From positions 96,348,001-96,412,000 of the forward strand of contig JAGIQG010000004.1 in the NCBI GenBank assembly GCA_024679065.1: a stretch of DNA of 64,000 nucleotides, written 5' to 3'. The translations under genes and the position numbers were made by a program. Positions 35,090 to 48,200 of this stretch are shown piece after piece (position 1 is the stretch's first letter; each line of letters starts with the position of its first letter). The DNA comes from Sphyrna mokarran (Eukaryota). The notes beneath the pieces are model-generated. The model did no database searches, had not been told where the DNA came from, and saw nothing but the letters and a program-made list of their open reading frames with translations.

Positions 35090-36400
35090 GCCAATCCATT
35101 TAAAGTGGATGGTGAAAAGCTTTTAGACTCAAGAATCCAGGATAACTTAACTGTGACTGGGACAAGTGTGGAATGATTATGAAAGCTAGTATGGATTTGC
35201 TAAAGACAAACTGTGTTTAACTAACGTGATTGAGCATTCTGATGTGGAATTGATGATTGAGTGTTCAGATGAGGTGTACATGGACTTTCAAAAAAACATT
35301 TGATAAAATCTACCTAATAGGCCTGCCAGCCTAGAACCTGATGGAAAAAAAGAGGTGGTGGCATCATGGATTGCAAAACCATCATTTTTTTGGGATAACC
35401 ATAAGGTTTTTCCATTTTGATTAGGACAGCAAGGTGGCACAGTGATTAGCACTGCTGCCTCTCACGTCAGGGACCCAGTTTTGATTCCTAGCTTGGGTCA
35501 CTGTCTGTGCAGAGTCTGCACGTTCTTCCTGTATCTGCGTGGGATTCCTCCGGGTGTTCTGGTTTCCTCCACAGTCCAAAAGACATGCTGGTTAAATGCA
35601 TTGGCCATGCTAAATTCTCCCTCAGTACATCTGAACAGGTGCCAAAGTATGGTGTCTATGGGTTTTTCACCGTAACTTCACTGAATGTTAACGTAAGCCT
35701 ACTTATGACACTAAAAAAACAACTTTATATATAGTGGGGTTCTTCAAGGGTCGGTAGAAGGACAAGTACTTTTCTTGGATCAAGACTTTGTCAAAGTTTG
35801 CAGATATAAACTGTAAGGAACAAGTAATAGATCTCTGGAGGACATAGACAGACTTGAGGAATGAGTTGTCACGTGGCAGATGAAATGTTGATGGAAAGCA
35901 TGAGAAGAGACAATATAAAATAAAGGATACAATTCAGAAGTCAAAGCAGAAACAGAGTGACTCCAGTGCTATACGTGCACAAATTATTGAAAGTGGCAGG
36001 GCAGGTTGAGAAAGCAGATAAAAGGCATTCGTGTTTCAGGGTATTTGAGAAGGTTGCAAAGAGATTTGATAGAAGTGTTCAAAATCATGAGGGATCTTGG
36101 TAGAGTAGATAGGGAGAAATTGTTTTCTTTATTGGTAGGGCCAAGCATGAGACAACACCAATATAATCGAAAGGCAAGGAACCAATAGCAACACATGGAG
36201 AAGCATTTTAATGAAGCAAATGTTCAGGATTTGTAATGCACTGCCTAAGGGTGTGATGAAGGCAGCTTTCAAAGGTTATTGGTAAGCAGCTGAAGAGAGT
36301 AAAAAATACATGGGGAAAGAGATTATTTGTCATTTCAATGACACAACACAGCAGCGATGGGCTGAATGACCTCTGTGCTTCTATGATTCTATTATCCATG
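35090..36400 (+). mobile_element. Decayed CR1 LINE interrupted by a V-SINE
   Basis: GFAKDKLCLTN, VYMDFQK.FDK and RRLQRDLIEVFKIMRDLGRVDREKLF remnants; tail ctgtgcttctatgattct. Confidence 0.78.
35424..35730 (+). mobile_element. V-SINE with alternative tail
   Basis: ggacagcaaggtggcacagtgattagcactgctgcc head, V-domain, tail cttcactgaatgttaacgtaagcctacttatgacactaa. Confidence 0.82.
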
Positions 36401-38429
36401 AAGATCCATGAGCACCTGTGGGGGAATAAATAGCTTCTATTACATTGCTGCTTGTCCCTTTCCGTTCCTCAGCCCTGCCTAATCAAAGCAAAAGATGCAG
36501 AAGTAATTTTGGGCTCCCACTCTGCATTTAGATGATTCATTTTGCAGCCGCTGCAAGTACTATCATCACCCATCTTCACAAACCCCACCTCCACCACCCC
36601 TCCTGCAAGAAAAATCCTACAAGTCTGGCACTCTCAGGAGGGTAGACTCCTGTGTTACGGGCATCCATTCCATTTTCCTCCCCTGAACACTTGGGGACTG
36701 AACAGGCATGATGGAAGAGCAAAATTGGCTTTCTAATGTGTTTAGATATGTTTGTGGTGTCAATTTGTCCTTGTCAAAATGACATCAGTAAAATCTGTAT
36801 CCAACAGGTATTTGTAATGGTTGAGTCATAAATGATATAAATAAGTTCACCTCACCAGTAAGAATGAATTATAACAGTATTGTCTCAAATTTGAAAGGCC
36901 AATAACGGTCGAAGAAGAGGATTTATTCAGGGACAAAAACATTTTGTGAATGCTTGAATAACACTCGTGGAATGAGAGCCTTGAAGTTATCCTGTGGGAT
37001 ATTTGTGTTCAAATACTTAATTTGCTTAAAATCATTTTGACTGCTATTTTGACGGCAACACCAAACTTTAATTTCAAATAAGTACACATCGCTGCTAAAA
37101 TAAAAGACAAAGGAATTTCAAATCAATGCATTGGGTGACTCTCCTTTATTATTCTGCAGTGCAAATGCAAGGATTTTTTTAATGCAGATAGCCAACGCTG
37201 AGGAAATTCTTTAGAGAATTCTGGAGGAAACTTCTGTCAACCATTACTTGGTGCTTGATAGATTCAAGTTCTGGGCTTGGATTTTCACACAAGTGGTAAT
37301 GCAATGCAATTACTGATGGAATAGAAATGTATCAAGGGTTTATTTGGGGGAGGGGGCAGTCTTACGTAGATCGCTCTGTATGTATTCCTACCTGTCATCT
37401 TTGCAAGCCTGTGTTTGATGCCCTGTAGTTTACAGATGCTCTAGTGCTAATGGACCTTCTGTGTGTATAATTAAGCTTGGTGAAGTCCCTTGCAATGGGG
37501 CCTTCCTTCACACTGGTGAATTTTATCAGCTCTCAGATGACAGTGCCGGGATTTGTTGATGAGGGACTCCTTCACAAGCATCACCTTCTGGCTATTCCAC
37601 AAAACCCTTAGAGGTTTGTTCGCCCAATCAGTACACTGTGACCAGATGTCTGACTCCCAATGGCCCTCCGGAGCCTGCCGCACCTCCTCACCCAGCATCC
37701 CATAGGCTCAAAGATCAAAGGGATCAGCAGTGATAATATAAATTTATCATCTTTCTCTTTCTTCTCATATTTGTGCTCCCTGAAGCAATGCTAAACTCTG
37801 CTTTCTGCTTTACAGAGGGAATTACTGCCAGTGTCTGCTGTTTCATTCCAATTCCCTGCTGCTGCTCAGAGCTCAGACAACATCCCCAGCCTCCAGACCT
37901 GTACACACAGCTCACCATGTTCATTGATCACTAAAGCTCAGAATCCTGTGAGAATCCAAAGCATAAAGAAAAAGAATTGCTTTATACCACAGCCCTCCCA
38001 AAAAAAACACAAGTACAAGAGGGTGTAAACAACAAATTCAAATCTGGCAGAGAATTTAACTCGTTGAGAACTGAACACACATTATCTCCAAAAGATTTAA
38101 TTTAATTCGGTATGATTTCTAGATTTTATTGTGTACTAAAAAGGTTTTGCTTTTCATTCACGAATTCCAGTTAAGTCTGTCAAATACTAACTGAAAATAT
38201 ATAGTGAACATTATAAAAATGAACTGCCTCTGGGGGCTATCCTTACACTTGGGTCAGTTCAGGGTTGTGTGTGCATTGGAATAGCATGGGCTGTTTTATA
38301 TTACGGCCACTCAGCAGCTGTTTTCTTGTGAATCACCCTGGTGGTTGTGAATATTGTGTGTCACTCTGCAATCATGCTTGTACCGAGGTTGCTCTGGGGT
38401 TTTATTTATTCCGCAAATGAGTTTATATT

Positions 38430-38700
38430 AGGAGCTGGAGAGGCTATAATGATACTGAAGGGGTTGCAACAATACTGGAGGGATTGCAGTGATACTAGAA
38501 GGTCTGTGAGATAAGAGACTGTTTACATTGGGAATGTAATTATGCTGAGGAGTTCTAATTATTCTGGAATAGCTCTGTGGCTGTAATAAAATGGGAGTTG
38601 TAATTATATGGAATAACTCTGTGGCTGTAATAATATTATGCCCGTAATTATATTGGTATGATTGCAGTTAAACTAGAGTAACTTGATTGTATTTACATTG
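38430..38700. repeat. Degenerate minisatellite (~20-bp units plus a ~46-bp duplication)
   Basis: Repeated gatactg(g/a)agg units; ggaata(g/a)ctctgtggctgtaataa occurs at ~38566 and ~38609. Confidence 0.65.
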
Positions 38701-39528
38701 TGGAATCAAAGCTTGCAAAGCTGCATAGCAGATGATGTTCCTTTACAGTACTGAACAAAACAGAGAAGAGGAAGAATAGTGTTATGACATGTGGGGACAT
38801 ATATCATGATGCAACTTATCTTCCAATTCTTGACTGACCATGATTGAGTTTTTTTGTAATTCACAGAATGAAGGTAATAGTTCACTCAACTGTTTTTAAA
38901 AAAAGTTCAACAGGCATTCTGATATTTAAAAATAAAGGGGTTTGTTTTTACCGTGCTAAAATTCCATATAGATATTTAAGAAAGTAAACATAGGCCGTAA
39001 ACTTTGCGGCACACACATCAGCCATGCAAAAATGCAAGCTATACAGCTGCGGGATGTTAATTTCTGACCAAATTAAGATTCAAGTATAACAGATTAAAAA
39101 TTGAGAGTTCACTATCTGTAATTCTTTACTGTTGTACTTGTCTGAGATGGGATTTTCCTGGTGGTTTTGAAATTCCAGAGGGGTTAAGGCTGATGTAATC
39201 TGAAATTTCTGGAGACAGGCTGTTTGAAACGCCAATCCATCTTTTCCAAAAGTCGATGATATCGTATCGGGGTTACTTGCGATTGAAATTCTTTATCTCT
39301 TGTGGTGGATCTCAAAATGTAATAGAGATAAGGTTCTGAATCTGAGAATAGGGGAGAGAGGGATGATGTTACTGATCAATTTGACTTCTTCTAGGCTGCC
39401 TTAAAGCAACTGGGCTACTGAAATAAAAGACATTCCAAAATGGTTATTCTGGTTTCATGACCTCCCTTCCGTAATGGGTTCGGCATTCCATATAAGGTAA
39501 TTGATTAGCACATGTCTGGACACACCAG

Positions 39529-40372
39529 GCCTGATTTTACCATCAAGTTGCACCCATTTTTAGGGCATGGAAGTTTGGTACAGTTGGGTATGAGGCAAGT
39601 AGTGCGATCTGCACCTGCCTCTGCCCTGGTTCCCCCTTTTACCAAGGCCCAAAAATGATTGTGATAGGGACCATGCTCAAAACGGGTGTGACAGCCATTT
39701 AAATGCATTTGCACGCATTTAAGTAGACCTAATGAGCTGCACGCCCAACCTTACTGACACTTTCCCCTTTACCATCATGTTTGCCCATCCAGAATCGGTG
39801 AGAAACAGACATGCTCTGCAAAGGTCCGATTCAGGCGCTCCTGTTAGGCAGGAGATAAGTTCTGAGTGTCCAACGGCTCTCTGTTTGAGATCAGTAGGGG
39901 GGAAGTGGGATCTGCCGCCACTCTGCCTGAGATCAGTGAGGGAGAAGGTGGGGTTGTCCACTGTCACTCTACCTGAGGTCAGTAAGGAGGAAGGGGGAGC
40001 TCTGCTGCCACTCTGCCTGAGATCGATGGAGGGGAGAGGGGCCTGTGAATAGCCTGGTGGTGGGCAGGTGAGGGATAACGGGGTTAGTAATGTTGGGGGA
40101 TAGGGCAATGTCTGTCGTAGCCAGAGGGAGCCTGGAAGGGATGTGGTAGGGGAGCAGCATTCTATCATTTTTGTTCTGCGCATGAATTGGAGGCACCAAT
40201 CGGAACTATAGGATTTTGGGTGCGTTAAGCCCCACTCACAGGCTTCTGCAGTGCGATTTGAAATTGCTGGTATTTTTTCGGCAGACTGCGTATGGGGGTA
40301 CCTGAGAATGGCTCTAAAACACTCCCAGTTTCAAGTCTGCCCAGCACTTAGAATCAAAATGGTAAAATGGCC
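39529..40372. mobile_element. Non-autonomous Harbinger-like element with an internal tandem repeat
   Basis: TIRs gcctgattttaccat / atggtaaaatggcc with a CAG duplication. Internal ctctgcctgagatc-like unit occurs 4 times (39880-40030). Confidence 0.6.
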
Positions 40373-40429
40373 CAGCATGTCTGTTGTATTATGGCCAAGA
40401 TGATTAGTTTCTTTAATATCCCAGCCATC

Positions 40430-42050
40430 ACCTCTGATTGGATCATTTCTTCCTGTGATGCATTAGGAAACACACCTGTATAGGTGTTTTACAATGTATT
40501 ACCTCATTTGCCTTTTGGTTTATGACTGAAATGTAGCTTTTTAGAAATGCAAATAGCCAGTTACAATGTTCAGTTCATCTTCTTGACATCAATAGGTATG
40601 AAAGCAATAGATTTGGTGCCCTAATTGTAATCCACATCAGAAATTTCCAGCAATTGACCAACTTGTAATACCAGACATGTCAAGTGACCTGTGACAGTCA
40701 TATTTAAGTCAGGCTTTGATTGTTTTAAAAATTCCTTTTCAAGGAATTCAATGTATATTTGACTATCCAACTAAAATAATGATTAATATTTACATATGCA
40801 CATGTCACATCATCATGACACCTCTGCCACACAGGAAATGAAATGCGAATTATTATGAGTGTTTCATTACAAGATGTTCAAATGTTACGAAAATTAAACA
40901 TTAACACATAACACTTCTAATTTAATTGCATCAGTTATGCTGTATTGTGGTTTTACTGCCCTGATAATTTCATACTGAGTTATACTCTGGATAGCTTGCT
41001 GTAACATTGCTTTTTCCTTTCAAGTGGATGTTGCAAACAAAACCTATTTTCATTGAAAAAGATCGGTCAGTGTTCTGAATTTTGGAGTTAGGCATAAGAT
41101 TGTTTGAACCACTGTGGTCCCTTCTGTAACTTTGAATTCAGTATCTTCAAAAGGGTTTGATCATTTTACAATGTTGTAAAATGTTGTTGTTGTTGTAACA
41201 GTCAGGTTGCTCTTGGCTCCTGTGAGAGTAGGGCCATTCTGTACCTCCCATTGGTTTTGCTTGCACTCCTCATCTCTCCTGAGCCCAGGCTGCGAGGGAA
41301 TGTGGTTCTGACTGTGCAAATTTTCCTAATTGCCCTGATCAATTGTAATCCTTCAGTGTTCACCTCTAAAATCTGTGAATTTAATAAATCAAATACAGGC
41401 ATTTTTACAAACTTCATTTTGTTGGAGGATATTGGCTTGTAATTTGATTTTTGCCTCTTGTAGGTTCTCTGGGCTGGTGTCTGGTACTTCACATTTGATA
41501 AATTTTACATCAACACAGTTGGGCTTGTTAAGTTTAAAATTTGGTCTGGTATGGATGATTTATCAATTGATATCACTACTTGGTTTTCACTGAAATGCCT
41601 CTAGTAGTTTCCACAAATGGTTGCTTTGAGTCTTCCTGTTTTTTGGAAATGTGTTTTTCCCCAACTGGTTCCATGTCCTCTGGAATGCTACTGCCTCCAA
41701 ATAGATGTTCAGCTCCTGCTTTACTTCCTGGTGGCTCTTTGACTGAGTGGGACAAGACTCTTATTCTCTTTTGCTTTATTTGGGAACTTCCCTGGTCCCT
41801 ATTTAAATCCGACATAAAGGTGTCTGCGAACCAATTGCCGTTTGTGTTCCTTCATCCTTTTCAACTTTTACAGGCCCTTCAATGATCTGTTTTACTTCTC
41901 CTGGGTTGATTTCAGCCTTTTCAAATACAAAAGCACTTTCTTAGCCACTTCAACTCTCTGAACACACTGGTCCAGAATTTCCATATATTGAGAAGATAGA
42001 TTGTGTGATTGGTTGGCAAACATCTTCACTTCCTCCAGAAGCATGTTGCT
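40430..42050 (-). mobile_element. Probable heavily decayed Gypsy internal region
   Basis: Only faint RNase H/gag-like remnants on the minus strand; no intact motif. Confidence 0.3.
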
Positions 42051-42079
42051 GATCTCAGTGTGCCTTATCACTTCAAATT

Positions 42080-42325
42080 TTTGATTTGATTTGATTTATT
42101 ATTGTCACGTGTATTAATATACAGTGAAAAGTATTGTTTCTTGTGCGCTATACAGACAAAGCATACCATTCATAAAGAAGTAAACAAGAGAGTGCAGAAT
42201 GTAGTGTAACAATCATAGCTAGGGTGTGGAGAAAAATCAATTTAATGCAGAGTAAATCCATTCAAAAGCCTGATGGCAACAGGGAACAAGCTGTTCTTGA
42301 GTTGGTTGGTATGTGATCTCAGGCT
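42080..42325 (-). mobile_element. LINE 3' end with (ATCAA)n tail, Rex1/Babar-like
   Basis: ttgatttgatttgatttattattgtcacgtgtattaatatacagtgaaaag...gggaacaagctgttcttgag. Confidence 0.6.
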
Positions 42326-42725
42326 GAAGCATGGAGGCAAGAAGGGAATTGGGTGACTGCCAGGCAGCCCAAGACAACTGGGCAGGTAACCCAATAGTTC
42401 CCTGAGGTCCTACTCACTAATCAGTTTTCCGTTTTGGATACTAGTGAAAGCAATGGTTTCTCGGAGAAATGTAGTTAGAGCAATGTTTGTGGCATATTGG
42501 ACATCTCAGCTTTGCAAGAAGGGAGGAAGAAGGGGTGAGAGCAGTTGTGATAGGGAATGATTAGTTAGAGGGACAGACAGGTTTCTGTGATCATAGATGT
42601 GACTCCAGGATGGTATATCACTTCCTTAATGCTTGGGACAAGCTGCTGGAGGATATTCTTCTGGAGCGAGTAGACAGCCATCGGCTGTGGTCCACATTTT
42701 GCTATTAAAGATTTCGGTAGGAAGG
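42325..42725 (+). mobile_element. CR1 ORF1 fragment (SGNH esterase-like region)
   Basis: NQFSVLD, RAVVIG...RGTDR...DSRMVYHFLNA and AVVHI remnants resemble the CR1 ORF1 pattern GDSIVRG..MVCCLPGA. Confidence 0.6.
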
Positions 42726-42944
42726 AATGTGGTTGACTCGCAACTATACTTGGGCAACTAGGGATGGGTAATAAATGCTGGCCAATCAATGATGCCATGA
42801 ATAAAAAATGTCAAAGGAGAAGACAAGATGAGTCAAAAATGGTGATTATGTGTTGCTAATAAAAAGTCTTAAAAACCTGCAGGTTATTGGGAGAAGGAGT
42901 GAGAGAAGATTCATAGTCTTGGGCAAAACATATTAGTGTAGCAG

Positions 42945-43165
42945 GCAATATGCATCGACTCAACTGCATTGTTGTGGCTCTGGAGTCACATGTAGGCCAG
43001 ACAAATCAGGACAGCAGATTTCCTTCCCTAATGCACATTATTGAACCAAATGGTTCTAACAATTAACGATGATTTTAATGGTAGATTGTTAATTCCAGAT
43101 ACTTTTTATTGAATTCAAATTCCACCACTTGTCACAGTAAGATTTGAACCCAGGTCCCCAGAATG
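42945..43165 (-). mobile_element. Fragment of a second tRNA-derived SINE family (head also at ~63093-63245, plus strand)
   Basis: ctggggacctgggttcaaatc B box and gaatttgaattcaataaaa on the minus strand match ctggggactggggttcaaattc...gaatttcaattccattaataaaa at 63140-63205. Confidence 0.6.
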
Positions 43166-45299
43166 TTTATTTCAACATAGGGTACAGGAAAATGAAAGAA
43201 CAACTTAGGAACAGGCAAGGAAATTTCAGAATAGAGTCAATCAAGTAGAGTGGAACAAAAAAAAGATATGATCAACATGAAACCAGTTGAAAATAAAAGT
43301 GATGGGTGAACTTTCAATCTGCTGACAAATCTTTTCTTATTTCCTATCCAGGACTGCAGGTGAGATTTTAGAAGAGCCTCTCAGTTGCAGGAGAAGTAAA
43401 CATGTCTCGGATGGTCCTGAGTTTTATAGAAAAGTAAGCTGTAAAGAAGAACTGTTAGGCACAAAAAAAGGCTAAGACTCTTGGATACATATTTATCAAT
43501 AAGCTGCGGGGTTCCATTCATGGCTAGAGGAGTTAGTGAAAGCAGAAATGTCGCAGGTTGAAGCCAGACTAAAAATGGAACCATCAAAGTTAAGAGGTGA
43601 AATCTGTCATCTGGGTCTTTGAGAGGCAGGAAGAACCTATGCTGCAAGAATTAAATTGCACCATCAAAGGTTATAGAAAAGATCAAGGTGTAGTGATTTA
43701 GCCATTGTACTACAAGAGAAATAGTTGATGTGAATGCTGAGAATGTGTGGCATGAAGGAAGTTGATAAATGGAGAGTTGAATCAACAACAAAAAAGTGAA
43801 CAGGGTTGGACGGTCACTAGGAGAGGTTATTGATATGAAGAACTGTTAGAAGGAACAGAGCTCTAGGGAATCATTGACTTAATGGGAAAAAAAATCTAGA
43901 GGATGAATCATGACCTACAGTACACAGCATGATTTGAGAGAAAACAGGATAACCTATGGTTGGAAAATCATATGGTAACTGATTGTTCAGAAGCCAGACC
44001 CCTTCAAATGCTTGGGACTGTCTAAGGATAAAGTACACATGATTCATTGAAGCACTAAAGAAGAGAATTCCAGAGATAAATAATAAAAACTATAGAGTCA
44101 TCAATTGAATGGTTAGACTGAAAACAATATCAACTTTCACGTAGTGTGAAAGCATTCAAGCTGATGTTTATTTTCAGAATTAGTCGACGCTTTAATAACT
44201 TTAGAAAGTATTGATAAAAGGGTAAAAAGGGAAGATAAAAGGCATCACATTTCTTAGAAATAGGATGAAAATAAGGAAATTTCCTTGTGTTGTTATGTGA
44301 GTAATATTTTTACATAAAAATAGAATCTTCAAATGCCAAAGTACTAAACTTTAAATGAAAATCAATGATCTGTTTACTTCTCTATACAAAATATGAACTT
44401 GGACTCCATGTGTTCCAAGTGACTGATTAGACTATGTAAAGAAAATGTTATTCCATTTATAATCTGTGGTGCACCTAACTTAACAGCGCTTGATGGGATA
44501 GTGTATTCTTTATCAGTACCTTTTACTTTTTTGCTATTACTAGGTTAAGTTGCTGACTAGAGGCACCTTGGAAGCAGCTATTTAGTGCAAAACTACCTCA
44601 GGTGTAATTCCATGAAATTCATCTTCATGCAGTGAATAGTAAGAGCACATCATGTTGATCAGATCCCAGCCCTGATAACTCTTTCCATTATTCTGTCTAT
44701 TATTTTATAGACAAATCATCTGGGCATTCAGTTAGATTAAAGTCCATAACACACACTCACACTTTCTTCCATTTAATTGAATGTGTAAGCACAAATATTG
44801 TTATCTTCTCCACACTCTGGCCAGTACTTCCTGACACTACTGTGCCTTTATCATGACTAAGATCAAAGTGTCTCTTCTACACACTGACATTTTATTTTTA
44901 TTCTCTGCTTCACATCAGCCATAAATCTTACTATTTGTGTGCATAGATAATACTAGGCTATCATATGAACAATTACAGCACAAAGTGAATTATATTGTGT
45001 ACACAATTCCACCATACAGCAGAAAATATGTGAGCTATGTCATACATTGAAATATACAATAGTGTGAGTTAGTTATTCTATATCAAAAGTGGGAGCAAGT
45101 GGGAGATTAGTTCTGCCTGCAAACAGAACCATCATGAGCACTGGTGTGCCTTTGCATGAAAGAACATGGGCCTTATTTAGGTTCCTCCAAAGACCTCCTC
45201 TACAAGCTGTGGCTCGGTTACTTCCAGGTGCCTGAATAGCAGTCACCTAACACGTGCCTTTCCAGGGAGGCTGCCTCCGAACTGTGAGCCTCTCTGGAA

Positions 45300-46000
45300 G
45301 TCAAGCTGAGGCCCATTAGAAGAAATAGCCACCTTATGCCATTGGTATTGAATAAAGATCAATGTGGCACTGAATTTCAGCACCTCAGAAGCATTCCAGG
45401 GATCTGCTACAGATATAAGTGGGAAGTCCCAGTCTGTCACTCATTGCTGCATCAAGATAGTTATAAATGCAAGTCAGTATGTGTACTTTCACATTGATCC
45501 AGACATTCAAACTAAGAGCACTAGGGTTGTGTCATCATAGATTCCTCTAGGTGTAGGGGCTAACATCGGAACACATGTAGGCATCAAGACCAACGGGCAA
45601 CCTTTGTCAACAGAAGGGCTTCTACTGACTCAATGTGTGACTTGTCTGTGACTACTGCCATTGCTTCCTCCAGGTATATGCGCGTTTCCTGAGCAACAGG
45701 CATACTGCCAACCTTTAAGGCAGTTCCAGGTGCTACAGCCTTTCAGATCCCTTAAAAGATTTCGAAGATGGATACTAGGTGACGAGTCATGTTTAAGCGT
45801 ATAGCTACTAACACCTGTGAGGAGCTGAAGCAAGATGCAGAGATACAACACTTAAAGCAGTATAACTCGACTGACCATCAAGCAGGCCATAGTACTTCTG
45901 AAGATGCGGTTTAGCTGCCTTGATAGATCCATTGGAACCCTGGATATATGTCAGCAAAGTTTTTGCGTATTGCGATGGTGTCCTGTGCCCTACATTAAGG
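45300..46000 (+). mobile_element. PIF/Harbinger (HARBI1-like) DDE transposase fossil
   Basis: KINVALNFSTSEAFQGSATDISGKSQSVTHCCIKIVINA; FVNR.GFY.LNV; QVYARFP; TRLTIKQAIVLLKMRFSCLDRS. These match HARBI1-family motifs. Confidence 0.85.
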
Positions 46001-46929
46001 GCATTTAAATAGTCATTAGATAAATGTATGGATGATATTGGAATAGTGTAGATTAGATGGGCTTTAGATTGGTTTTACAGGAGTACCACAATGTGTACAT
46101 CTTAGAGACTTATATTTGGCAAAACACGAGCATGAATATTTATCTTTATTATCTTTACCATTTACTTGGTCCCAGATAGACTGTGTGCTGTGTCATGGGA
46201 AATGCCTCATGCAGTGTTTCCCACCCATCAAACTATTTGATGGGGCCAGGTAACTTATGGAGTCCAAATAATATTTTCAAGGTTTTTGGAATCCAAAGCA
46301 AGTAACCTGGGATCACAATGGTCTTCTTAACTGAAGATCCTTCCTCCTCAGAGGTGAATAGTTCCCACAGTCTTTCAGCTGACTTTTCTTGTCTTTGATC
46401 TATGCAAGAGAGAAGCATGATTAGGAGATAATAAACACCCTATCATGTCCTTCAGTCCACTCCTAGAGTGAAGCTCCACCTGACCAATGATGGATACAGA
46501 TGCACCATGCTCCATGTTCACCAAAGGCTCTCCTGTGGCCATCCATTCAGCCATACATTTTCACATCACTGTACTCACATCTCACTATTCTGTGCCTCTT
46601 CCTCACCAGGGTAAAAATTAATAGGTATGAGACACTTCTGCTGGTTTTCATCCTTTCCCAGATGTTGCAGGACGTCTGTTCCTGCAATTAGATAGAAGAA
46701 CATTGTTAGGTGCTCAGCAAAGACATATACATCGTCTATAATACTAGTTGCCTGGCTGTCGTGATGGTCCCTTGGGTATGCTTTCCACATGCGGCCATTC
46801 AAAAACGGCAATTCAGGAGTTTCCTGAAAGGGATAGGTGCCATTATCCCAATGCTATTACCTGATCTGATTGCCAAGAACTGGTTTTCCAGTCCTTCTCT
46901 AAACATTTGTGCTCATGCCTTGCCACAAA

Positions 46930-47200
46930 TAAGCTCCTGAGAGATCTTCTATCCTCTTGCTACGCTGCAGTCACGTCCTTGAGGCAACTCATGGTTGGTG
47001 AGCTTCTCTACAATCTTCATCCAGGCTTCCTTGGTCACAGGGAAGTCTCGTTCTCCTGTCCAGGGTGAGGGAAGAGGGTCTTCTGCCTTGCCCAAATAGT
47101 CTGGAGGAGAACCAACAGGGAGGCATTGCTAAACTGTGTGGTCAGCCTCGATTTTGTCACTGCCATTGCTGGATGGGTCTGCTGCTGGAACACTGTGCCA
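46930..47200 (-). mobile_element. Harbinger Myb/SANT-like partner gene fossil, convergent with the transposase
   Basis: RLTTQFSNASLLVLLQTIWARQKTLFP (ORF 47035-47265), followed after a frameshift by TKEAWMKIVEKL, a Myb/SANT trihelix pattern. Confidence 0.75.
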
Positions 47201-47861
47201 TCTGGCAGCTCTTTAAAGATGGTACTATCATACCCAACAGGTGTGACCTTCAAATTACTAAGCAAACTGCAGCACTGATTAGTTCAGCCCACTTATTTGA
47301 ATTGTAGGACAATCCGTATCAGACCTGCTCTGCTGTGGAATAGGCTGAATTATTAAGAACTTGACCAAAATCAATATTTTCAAAGATATGAGCAGTGCTC
47401 AGAAGGAGACACTTAGAACATTTAAGAGGTCAATATTGGCCAAGAGGTAAATGTATTATATATATTCTTTAACATTTAATAATTCCTGTACTATTACACT
47501 GTGGGCATTAGTAAAGGAGAAATGACATTGTGAGAACTCTAAAAATTCAGAATAAAAGGAAATTATGACACAATTCCAGACCAATCCATCAACCTTGTAG
47601 AAAATAGATGCACAACACAAATTCGTGGGCACAGGTAAGTGGTGTTGGTCCAAGGGATATCCTGGCAGGGTCTCGCACATGGCACAACCTTAGAGGCTGC
47701 TAAATAACACAATATTTTGTTGGATCTGACCGACACACAACAAGTATTGTAGGATTTGGTACGCAGTTCATACTGACCGAGAAAGTTGTACAAATACAGC
47801 AGATGTTCCCAAATATTGATATATATGTAAAATCTTACCAGAACGGGAACAATTTCAAGCA

Positions 47862-48200
47862 ATAGATCATAGAATCCTTATGATGCAGAAGGAGGCCATT
47901 TGGTTCATCAAGTCCATACCTAGGCCCTCCTCTCCACACTATTCCTGTGGCCTCTGCATATTTACCATGCCTAATCTACTTAACCTAGACATCTATGGAC
48001 ATTAAAAGGCAATTAAGCATGGCCAATCCACCTAACCTGTACATCTTTGGAGTGTGGAAGGAAACTGGTGCACCCAGCGGAAAGCTATGCAGACACGGAG
48101 GAACATACAAACTCCACACAGTCACTCAAAGCTGGAATTGAATCTGAGTGCCTGGCATTGTGAGACAGCAGTGCAAACATGTCTTTTGAACTGTGCCACA
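47862..48200 (-). mobile_element. HE1-like V-SINE, CR1-type tail
   Basis: atcatagaatcc tail; acatctttggagtgtggaaggaaactggtgcaccc V-domain. Confidence 0.82.

Noticed and set aside
38430-38700. CRISPR-like or coding repeat array
   Set aside because: Degenerate eukaryotic minisatellite with no constant repeat / unique spacer structure.
39719-40199. Long overlapping ORFs in both directions
   Set aside because: Produced by the GC-rich tandem repeat inside a non-autonomous DNA element.
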